Assembly (NCBI GenBank): GCA_964016885.1
Contig: OZ024742.1
Coordinates: 164,920,001 to 164,984,000, forward strand
DNA from: Eledone cirrhosa
Lineage: Eukaryota
Length of the DNA stretch: 64,000 bases
Direction of reading: 5' to 3'
Shown: positions 1 to 11,149 of the stretch, piece after piece
Layout: every line of letters starts with the position of its first letter
Numbering within the stretch: the first letter of the stretch is position 1
The notes under the pieces: generated by a model
What the model was told of the DNA's origin: nothing
Databases searched by the model: none
Seen by the model: only the letters and a program-made list of their open reading frames with translations
Translations under genes and position numbers: made by a program

Positions 1-76
1 TTTTTTTTACAAATTATCTCCCCCTGATTTTTTTTACAAATTATCTCCCCCTGATTTTTTTACAAATTATCTCCCC

Positions 77-325
77 TTGGCTGGCTGGAAATTATCTCCC
101 ATTGGAGGCTGGAATTTATCTCCCCTTGGACGGTTAGAAATTACCTCCCCTTGGACGGCTGGAAAATATGTCTCCTTGGACGGCTGGAAATTATCGCCCC
201 TTGGACGGCTGGAAATTATCTCCCCTTGGACGGCTGGAAATTATCTCTCATCGGACGGCTAGAAATTACCTCTCCTTGGACAGCTGAAAATTATCTCCCC
301 TTGGACGGCTGGAAATTATCTCCCC
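77..325 (+). repeat. Example A-monomer block, word type I (opens TTGGCTGGCTGG, then a 24-bp TTGGAGGCTGGAATTT unit, a TAGAAATTACC unit and an AAAATATGTCTCC unit)
   Basis: Units start at 77, 102, 126, 151 and 176. The same ordered variants recur at 462, 1630, 3179, 3590 and dozens of later sites (the recurrent 'MAGWKLSPLGGWNL' ORFs). Confidence 0.95.
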
Positions 326-1869
326 TTGATTTTTTTTACAAATTATCTCCCCCTGATTTTTTTTTACAAATTATCTCCCCCTGATTTTTTTTTACAAATT
401 ATCTCCCCCTGATATTTTTTACAAATTATCTCCCCCTGATTTTTTTACAAATTATCTCCCCTTGGCTGGCTGGAAATTATCTCCCCTTGGAGGCTGGAAT
501 TTATCTCCCCTTGGACGGCTAGAAATTACCTCGCCTTGGACGGCTGGAAAATATGTCTCCTTGGACGGCTGGAAATTATCTCCCCTTGGACGGCTGGAAA
601 TTATCTCCCCTTGGACAGCTGGAAATTATCTCCCCTTGGACGGCTAGATATTACCTCCCCTTGGACGGCTGGAAATTATCTCCCCTTGATTTTTTTTACA
701 AATTATCTCCCCCTGATTTTTTTTTACAAATTATCTCCCCCTGATTTTTTTTTACGAATTATCTCCCCCCGATTTTTTTTTACAAATTATCTCCCCTTGA
801 ACGGCTGGAAATTATCTCCCCTTGGACGGCTGGAAATTATCTCCCCTTGGACGGCTAGAAATTACCTCTCCTTGGACGGCTGAAAATTATCTCCCCTTGG
901 ACGGCTGCAAATTATCTCCCCTTGATTTTTTAACAAATTATCTCCCCCTGATTTTTTTTTACAAATTATCTCCCCCTGATTTTTTTTTACAAATTATCTC
1001 CCCCTGATTTTTTTACAAATTATCTCCCCCTGATTTTTTTTACAATCTCCGCCTGATTTTTTAAAAAATTATCTTCCCTTGGCTGGCGGGAAATTATCTC
1101 CCCTTGGACGGCTGGAAATTATCTCCCCTTGGACGGCTGGAAATTATCTCCCCTTGGACAGCTGGAAATTATCTGCCCTTGATTTTGTTTTTACAAATTA
1201 TCTCCCCCTGATTTTTTTTACAAATTATCTCCACCTGATTTTTAAAAAAATTATCTCCCCTTGGACGGCTGGAAATTATCTCCCCTTGATTTTTTTACAA
1301 ATTATCTCCCCCTGATTTTTTTTACAAATTATCTCCCCCTGATTTTATGTTACAAATTATCTCCCCCTGATTTTTTTACAAATTATCTCCCCCTGATTTT
1401 TTTTACAAATTATCTCCGCCTGATTTTTTTAAATATTATCTTCCCTTGGCTGGCGGGAAATTATCTCCCCTTGGACGGCTGGAAATTATCTCCCCTTGAT
1501 TTTTTTTACAAATTATCTCCCCCTGATTTTTTTTTACAAATTATCTCCCCCTGATTTTTTTTTACAAATTATCTCCCCCTGATTTTTTTTTACAAATCTC
1601 CCCCTGATTTTTTTATAAATTATCTCCCCTTGGCTGGCTGGAAATTATCTCCCCTTGGAGGCTGGAATTTATCTCCCCTTGGACGGCTAGAAATTACCTC
1701 TCCTTGGATGGCTGGAAAATATGTCTCCTTGGACGGCTGGATATTATCTACCCTTGGACGGCTGGAAATTATCTCCCCTTGGACGGCTGGAAATTATCTC
1801 CCCTTGGACGGCTAGATATTACCTCCCATTGGACGGCTGGAAATTATCTCCCCTTGATTTTTTTTACAA

Positions 1870-4800
1870 ACTATCTCCCCCTGATTTTTTTTTACGAATT
1901 ATCTCCCCCTGATTTTTTTTTACAAATTATCTCCGCCTGATTTTTTTTTTAAAATTATCTCCCCTTGAACGGCTGGAAATTATCTCCCCTTGGACGGCTG
2001 GAAATTATCTCCCCTTGGACGGCTAGAAATTACCTCTCCTTGGACGGCTGAAAATTATCTCCCCTTGGACGGCTGCAAATTATCTCCCCTTGATTTTTTT
2101 AACAAATTATCTCCCCCTGATTTTTTTTTACAAATTATCTCCCCCTGATTTTTTTTTACAAATTATCTACGCCTAATTTTTTTTACAAATTATCTCCCCC
2201 TGATTTTTTTTTACAAATTATCTCCCCCTGATTTTTTTTACAAATTATCTCCCCCTGATTTTTTTTACAAATTATCTCCCCCTGATTTTTTTACAAATTA
2301 TCTCCCCCCTGATTTTTTTTACAATCTCCGCCTGATTTTTTTAAAAATTATCTTCCCTTGGCTGGCGGGAAATTATCTCCCCTTGGACGGCTGGAAATTA
2401 TATCCCCTTGGAAGGATGGAAATTATCTCCCCTTGGACGGCTGGAAATTATCTCCCCTTGGACGGCTGGAAATTACCTCCCCTTGGACAGCTGGAAATTA
2501 TCTGCCCTTGATTTTGTTTTTACAAATTATCTCCCCCTGATTTTTTTTACAAATTATCTCCACCTGATTTTTTAAAAAATTATCTCCCCTTGGACGGCTG
2601 GAAATTATCTCCCCTTGGACGGCTGGAAATTATCTCCCCTTGATTTTTTTTACAAATTATCTCCCCCTGATTTTTTTTTACAAATTATCTCCCCCTGATT
2701 TTTTTTTACAAATTATCTACCCCTGATTTTTTTTTACAAATTATCTCCCCCTGATTTTTTTTACAAATTATCTCTCCCTGATTTTTTTTTACAAATTATC
2801 TCCCCCTGATTTTTTTTTACAAATTATCTACCCCTGATTTTTTTTTACAAATTATCTCCCCCTGATTTTTTTTACAAATTATCTCCCCCTGATTTTTTTT
2901 ACAAATTATCTCCCCCTGATTTTTTTACAAATTATCTCCCCCCGATTTTTTTTACAAATTATCTCCGCCTAATTTTTTTAAATATTATCTTCCCTTGGCT
3001 GGAGGGAAATTATCTCCCCTTGGACGGCTGAAAATTATCTCCCCTTGGACGGCTGGAAATTATCTCCCCTTGATTTTTTTACAAATTATCTCCCCCTGAT
3101 TATTTTTTACAAATTATCTCCCCCTGATTTTTTTTTACAAATTATCTCCCTCTGATTTTTTTTACAAATTATCTCCCCTTGGCTGGCTGGAAATTATCTC
3201 CCCTTGGAGGCTGGAATTTATCTCCACTTGGACGGTTAGAAATTACCTCTCCTTGGACTGCTGGAAAATATGTCTCCTTGGACGGCTGGAAATTATCTCC
3301 CCTTGGACGGCTGGAAATTATCTCCCCTTGGACGGCTGGAAATTATCTCTCCTCGGACGACTAGAAATTACCTCTCCTTGGACAGCTGAAAATTATCTCC
3401 CCTTGGACGGCTGGAAATTATCTCCCCTTGATTTTTTTTACAAATTATCTCCCCCCGATTTTTTTTTACAAATTATCTCCCCCTGATTTTTTTTTACAAA
3501 TTATCTCCCCCTGATTTTTTTTACAAATTATCTCCCCCTGATATTTTTTACAAATTATCTCCCCCTGATTTTTTACAAATTATCTCCCCTTGGCTGGCTG
3601 GAAATTATCTCCCCTTGGAGGCTGGAATTTATCTCCCCTTGGACGGCTAGAAATTACCTCGCCTTGGACGGCTGGAAAATATGTCTCCTTGGACGGCTGG
3701 AAATTATCTCCCCTTGGACGGCTGGAAATTATCTCCCCTTGGACGGCTGGAAATTATCTCCCCTTGGACGGCTAGATATTACCTCCCCTTGGACGGCTGG
3801 AAATTATCTCCCCTTGATTTTTTTTACAAATTACCTCCCCCTGATTTTTTTTTACAAATTATCTCCCCCTGATTTTTTTTTACGAATTATCTCCCCCTGA
3901 TTTTTTTTTACAAATTATCTCCGCCTGATTTTTTTTTTTAAATTATCTCCCCTTGAACGGCTGGAAATTATCTCCCCTTGGACGGCTGGAAATTATCTCC
4001 CCTTGGACGGCTAGAAATTACCTCTCCTTGGACGGCTGAAAATTATCTCCCCTTGGACGGCTGCAAATTATCTCCCCTTGATTTTTTTAACAAATTATCT
4101 CCCCCTGATTTTTTTTTACAAATTATCTCCCCCTGATTTTTTTTTACAAATTATCTACGCCTAATTTTTTTTACAAATTATCTCCCCCTGATTTTTTTTT
4201 ACAAATTATCTCCCCCTGATTTTTTTTACAAATTATCTCCCCCTGATTTTTTTTACAAATTATCTCCCCCTGATTTTTTTACAAATTATCTCCCCCCTGA
4301 TTTTTTTTACAATCTCCGCCTGATTTTTTTAAAAATTATCTTCCCTTGGCTGGCGGGAAATTATCTCCCCTTGGACGGCTGGAAATTATATCCCCTTGGA
4401 AGGATGGAAATTATCTCCCCTTGGACGGCTGGAAATTATCTCCCCTTGGACGGCTGGAAATTACCTCCCCTTGGACAGCTGGAAATTATCTGCCCTTGAT
4501 TTTGTTTTTACAAATTATCTCCCCCTGATTTTTTTTACAAATTATCTCCACCTGATTTTTTAAAAAATTATCTCCCCTTGGACGGCTGGAAATTATCTCC
4601 CCTTGGACGGCTGGAAATTATCTCCCCTTGATTTTTTTTACAAATTATCTCCCCCTGATTTTTTTTTACAAATTATCTCCCCCTGATTTTTTTTTACAAA
4701 TTATCTACCCCTGATTTTTTTTTACAAATTATCTCCCCCTGATTTTTTTTACAAATTATCTCTCCCTGATTTTTTTTTACAAATTATCTCCCCCTGATTT

Positions 4801-6230
4801 TTTTTTACAAATTATCTACCCCTGATTTTTTTTTACAAATTATCTCCCCCTGATTTTTTTTACAAATTATCTCCCCCTGATTTTTTTTACAAATTATCTC
4901 CCCCTGATTTTTTTACAAATTATCTCCCCCCGATTTTTTTTACAAATTATCTCCGCCTAATTTTTTTAAATATTATCTTCCCTTGGCTGGCGGGAAATTA
5001 TCTCCCCTTGGACGGCTGAAAATTATCTCCCCTTGGACGGCTGGAAATTATCTCCCCTTGATTTTTTTACAAATTATCTCCCCCTGATTATTTTTTACAA
5101 ATTATCTCCCCCTGATTTTTTTTTACAAATTATCTCCCTCTGATTTTTTTTACAAATTATCTCCCCTTGGCTGGCTGGAAATTATCTCCCCTTGGAGGCT
5201 GGAATTTATCTCCACTTGGACGGTTAGAAATTACCTCTCCTTGGACTGCTGGAAAATATGTCTCCTTGGACGGCTGGAAATTATCTCCCCTTGGACGGCT
5301 GGAAATTATCTCCCCTTGGACGGCTGGAAATTATCTCTCCTCGGACGACTAGAAATTACCTCTCCTTGGACAGCTGAAAATTATCTCCCCTTGGACGGCT
5401 GGAAATTATCTCCCCTTGATTTTTTTTACAAATTATCTCCCCCCGATTTTTTTTTACAAATTATCTCCCCCTGATTTTTTTTTACAAATTATCTCCCCCT
5501 GATTTTTTTTACAAATTATCTCCCCCTGATATTTTTTACAAATTATCTCCCCCTGATTTTTTTACAAATTATCTCCCCTTGGCTGGCTGGAAATTATCTC
5601 CCCTTGGAGGCTGGAATTTATCTCCCCTTGGACGGCTAGAAATTACCTCGCCTTGGACGGCTGGAAAATATGTCTCCTTGGACGGCTGGAAATTATCTCC
5701 CCTTGGACGGCTGGAAATTATCTCCCCTTGGACGGCTGGAAATTATCTCCCCTTGGACGGCTAGATATTACCTCCCCTTGGACGGCTGGAAATTATCTCC
5801 CCTTGATTTTTTTTACAAATTACCTCCCCCTGATTTTTTTTTACAAATTATCTCCCCCTGATTTTTTTTTACGAATTATCTCCCCCTGATTTTTTTTTAC
5901 AAATTATCTCCGCCTGATTTTTTTTTTAAAATTATCTCCCCTTGAACGGCTGGAAATTATCTCCCCTTGGACGGCTGGAAATTATCTCCCCTTGGACGGC
6001 TAGAAATTACCTCTCCTTGGACGGCTGAAAATTATCTCCCCTTGGACGGCTGCAAATTATCTCCCCTTGATTTTTTAACAAATTATCTCCCCCTGATTTT
6101 TTTTTACAAATTATCTCCCCCTGATTTTTTTTTACAAATTATCTACGCCTAATTTTTTTTACAAATTATCTCCCCCTGATTTTTTTTTACAAATTATCTC
6201 CCCCTGATTTTTTTTACAAATTATCTCCCC
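1870..6230 (+). repeat. Higher-order tandem repeat, ~1988-bp unit, ~2.2 copies
   Basis: ORF pairs 2358/4346 and 3179/5167 (offset 1988) and 3590/5579 (1989). The 1-bp shift is a T6 versus T7 tract at ~3569/5557. Confidence 0.9.
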
Positions 6231-7882
6231 CTGATTTTTTTTTACAAATTATTTCCCCCTGATTTTTTTACAAATTATCTCCCCCCTGATTTTTTTTACA
6301 ATCTCCGCCTGATTTTTTTAAAAATTATCTTGCCTTGGCTGGCGGGAAATTATCTCCCCTTGGACGGCTGGAAATTATATCCCCTTGGACGGCTGGAAAT
6401 TACCTCCCCTTGGACAGCTGGAAATTATCTGCCCTTGATTTTGTTTTTACAAATTATCTCCCCCTGATTTTTTTTACAAATTATCTCCACCTGATTTTTT
6501 AAAAAATTATCTCCCCTTGGACGGCTGGAAATTATCTCCCCTTGATTTTTTTACAAATTATCTCCCCCTGATTTTTTTTACAAATTATCTCCCCCTGATT
6601 TTTTTTTACAAATTATCTCCCCCTGATTTTTTTACAAATTATCTCCCCCTGATTTTTTTTACAAATTATCTCCGCCTGATTTTTTTAAATATTATCTTCC
6701 CTTGGCTGGCGGGAAATTATCTCCCCTTGGACGGCTGAAAATTATCTCCCCTTGGACGGCTGGAAATTATCTCCCCTTGATTTTTTTTACAAATTATCTC
6801 CCCCTGATTTTTTTTTACAAATTATCTCCCCCTGATTTTTTTTTACAAATTATCTCCCCCTGATTTTTTTTTACAAATTATCTGCCCCTGATTTTTTTTA
6901 CAAATTATCTCCCCCTGATTTTTTTACAAATTATCTCCCCTTGGCTGGCTGGAAATTATCTCCCCTTGGACACTGTAAATTATAGCCCCTTGGAGGGCTG
7001 GAAATTATCTTACCTTGGACGGCTGGAAATTATCTCTGCTTGATTTTTTTTACAAATTATCTCCCCCTGATTTTTTTTTACAAATTATCCCCCCCGATTT
7101 TTTTTACAAATTATCTCCCCCTGATTTTTTTTACAAATTATCTCCCCTTGGACGGCTGGAAATTATCTCCCCTTGGACGGCTGGAAATTATCTCTCCTTG
7201 GACGGCTAGAAATTACCTCTCCTTGGACGACTGAAAATTATCTCCCCTTGGACGGCTGCAAATTATCTCCCCTTGATTTCTTTTACAAATTATCTCCGCC
7301 TGATTTTTTTTTTTAAATTATCTCCCCTTGGACGGCTGGAAATTACCTCCCCTTGGACGGCTGGAAATTATCTCCCCTTGGACGGCTAGAAATTACCTCT
7401 CATTGGACGGCTGAAAATTATCTCCCCTTGGACGGCTGGAAATTATCTCCCCTTGATTTTTTTTACAAATTATCTCCCCCTGATTTTTTTTTTACAAATT
7501 ATCTCCGCCTGATTTTTTTTTAAAATTATCTCTCCTTGGACGGCTGGATATTATCTCCCCTTTCATTTTTTTTACAAATTATCTCCCCCTGATTTTTTTT
7601 TACAAATTATCTCCCCCTGATTTTTTTTTACAAATTATCTACCCCTAATTTTTTTTTACAAATTATCTCCCCCTGATTTTTTTTACAAATTATCTCCCCC
7701 TGATTTTTTTTTTACAAATTATCTCCCCCTGATTTTTTTACAAATTATCTCCCCCTGATTTTTTTTACAAATTATCTCCGCCTGATTTTTTTAAATATTA
7801 TCTTCTCTTGGCTGGCGGGAAATTATCTCCCCTTGGAGGGCTGAAAATTATCTCCCCTTGGACGGCTGGAAATTATCTCCCC

Positions 7883-8293
7883 TTGATTTTTTTTACAAAT
7901 TATCTCCCCCTGATTTTTTTTTACAAATTATCTCCCCCTGATTTTTTTTACAAATTATCTCCCCCTGATTTTTTTTTACAAATTATCTCCCCCTGATTTT
8001 TTTTTACAAATTATCTACCCCTGATTTTTTTTTACAAATTATCTCCCCCTGATTTTTTTTACAAATTATCTCTCCCTGATTTTTTTTTACAAATTATCTC
8101 CCCCTGATTTTTTTTTACAAATTATCTACCCCTGATTTTTTTTTTACAAATTATCTCCCCCTGATTTTTTTTACAAATTATTTCCCCCTGATTTTTTTTA
8201 CAAATTATCTCCCCCTGATTTTTTTACAAATTATCTCCCCCCGATTTTTTTTACAAATTATCTCCGCCTAATTTTTTTAAATATTATCTTCCC
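7883..8293 (+). repeat. Example long B-monomer block (~15 consecutive poly-T units)
   Basis: Consecutive CCCCCTGA(T7-10)ACAAATTATCT units with no GGACGGCTGG arm. Similar runs at ~2640-2995, 4630-4983 and 40025-40435. Confidence 0.93.
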
Positions 8294-11149
8294 TTGGCTG
8301 GCGGGAAATTATCTCCCCTTGGACGGCTGAAAATTATCTCCCCTTGGACGGCTGGAAATTATCTCCCCTTGATTTTTTTACAAATTATCTCCCCTTGATT
8401 ATTTTTTACAAATTATCTCCCCCTGATTTTTTTTTACAAATTATCTCCCTCTGATTTTTTTTACAAATTATCTCCCCTTGGCTGGCTGGAAATTATCTCC
8501 CCTTGGAGGCTGGAATTTATCTCCCCTTGGACGGTTAGAAATTACCTCTCCTTGGACTGCTGGAAAATATGTCTCCTTGGACGGCTGGAAATTATCTCCC
8601 CTGGGACGGCTGGAAATTATCTCCCCTTGGACGGCTGGAAATTATCTCTCCTCGGACGACTAGAAATTACCTCTCCTTGGACAGCTGAAAATTATCTCCC
8701 CTTGGACGGCTGGAAATTATCTCCCCTTGATTTTTTTTACAAATTATCTCCCTCTGATTTTTTTTTACAAATTATCTCCCCCTGATTTTATTTTACAAAT
8801 TATCTCCCCCTGATTTTTTTTACAAATTATCTGCCCCTGATATTTTTTACAAATTATATCCCCCTGATTTTTTTACAAATTATCTCCCCTTGGCTGGCTG
8901 GAAATTATCTCCCCTTGGAGGCTGGAATTTATCTCCCCTTGGACGGCTAGAAATTACCTCGCCTTGGACGGCTGGAAAATATGTCTCCTTGGACGGCTGG
9001 AAATTATCTCCCCTTGGACGGCTGGAAATTATCTCCCCTTGGACGGCTAGATATTACCTCCCCTTGGACGGCTGGAAATTATCTCCCCTTGATTTTTTTT
9101 ACAAATTATCTCCCCCTGATTTTTTTTTACAAATTATCTCCCCCTGATTTTTTTTACAAATTATCTCCCCCTGATTTTTTTACAAATTATCTCCCCCCGA
9201 TTTTTTTTACAAATTATATCCGCCTAATTTTTTTAAATATTATCTTCCCTTGGCTGGCGGGAAATTATCTCCCCTTGGACGGCTGAAAATTATCTCCCCT
9301 TGGACGGCTGGAAATTATCTCCCCTTGATTTTTTTACAAATTATCTCCCCCTGATTTTTTTTACAAATTATCTCCCCCTGATATTTTTTACAAATTATCT
9401 CCCCCTGATTTTTTTACAAATTATCTCCCCTTGGCTGGCTGGAAATTATCTCCCCTTGGAGGCTGGAATTTATCTCCCCTTGGATGGCTAGAAATTACCT
9501 CCCCTTGGACGGCTGGAAATTATCTCCCCTTGGACGGCTAGATATTACCTCCCCTTGGACGGCTGGAAATTATCTCCCCTTGATTTTTTTTACAAATTAT
9601 CTCCCCCTGATTTTTTTACAAATTATCTCCCCCTGATTTTTTTTACGAATTATCTCCCCCTGATTTTTTTTTACAAATTATCTCCCCCTGATTTTTTTTT
9701 ACAAATTATTTCCCCCTGATTTTTTTACAAATTATCTCCCCCCTGATTTTTTTTACAATCTCCGCCTGATTTTTTTAAAAATTATCTTCCCTTGGCTGGC
9801 GGGAAATTATCTCCCCTTGGACGGCTGGAAATTATATCCCCTTGGAAGGATGGAAATTATCTCCCCTTGGACGGCTGGAAATTATCTCCCCTTGGACGGC
9901 TGGAAATTATCTCCCCTTGGACAGCTGGAAATTATCTGCCCTTGATTTTGTTTTTACAAATTATCTCCCCCTGATTTTTTTTACAAATTATCTCCACCTG
10001 ATTTTTAAAAAAATTATCTCCCCTTGGACGGCTGGAAATTATCTCCCCTTGATTTTTTTACAAATTATCTCCCCTTGATTTTTTTTACAAATTATCTCCC
10101 CCTGATTTTTTTTTACAAATTATCTCCCCCTGATTTTTTTACAAATTATCTCCCCCTGATTTTTTTTACAAATTATCTCCGCCTGATTTTTTTAAATATT
10201 ATCTTCCCTTGGCTGGCGGGAAATTATCTCCCCTTGGACGGCTGAAAATTATCTCCCCTTGGACGGCTGGAAATTATCTCCCCTTGATTTTTTTTACAAA
10301 TTATCTCCCCCTGATTTTTTTTTACAAATTATCTCCCCCTGATTTTTTTTTACAAATTATCTCCCCCTGATTTTTTTTTACAAATTATCTCACCCTGATT
10401 TTTTTTACAAATTATCTCCCTCTGATTTTTTTACAAATTATCTCCCCTTGGCTGGCTGGAAATTATCTCCCCTTGGAGGCTGGAATTTATCTCCCCTTGG
10501 ACGGCTAGAAATTACCTCTCCTTGGACGGCTGGAAAATATGTCTCCTTGGACGGCTGGATATTATCTACCCTTGGACGGCTGGAAATTATCTCCCCTTGG
10601 ACGGCTGGAAATTATCTCCCCTTGGACGGCTAGATATTACCTCCCCTTGGACGGCTGGAAATTATCTCCCCTTGATTTTTTTACAAATTATCTCCCCCTG
10701 ATTTTTTTACAAATTATCTCCCCCTGATTTTTTTTACAAATTATCTCCGCCTAATTTTTTTAAATATTATCTTCCCTTGGCTGGCGGGAAATTATCTCCC
10801 CTTGGACGGCTGAAAATTATCTCCCCTTGGACGGCTGGAAATTATCTCCCCTTGATTTTTTTTACAAATTATCTCCCCCTGATTTTTTTTACAAATTATC
10901 TCCCCCTGATTTTTTTTACAAATTATCTCCCCCTGATTTTTTTTTACAAATTATTTCCCCCTGATTTTTTTACAAATTATCTCCCCCCTGATTTTTTTTA
11001 CAATCTCCGCCTGATTTTTTTACAAATTATCTCCCCCTGATTTTTTTTACAAATTATCTCCGCCTGATTTTTTTAAATATTATCTTCCCTTGGCTGGCGG
11101 GAAATTATCTCCCCTTGGACGGCTGAAAATTATCTCCCCTTGGACGGCT

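Noticed and set aside
326-461. Rho-independent terminators or phase-variable poly-T tracts
   Set aside because: No GC-rich hairpin precedes the T runs, and there are no genes or promoters for them to regulate.
1081-1092. Chi-like GCTGGCGG in word II/IV entry units
   Set aside because: One mismatch from E. coli Chi (GCTGGTGG). It is simply a variant of the GGCTGGCTGG arm, and nothing indicates a bacterial context.
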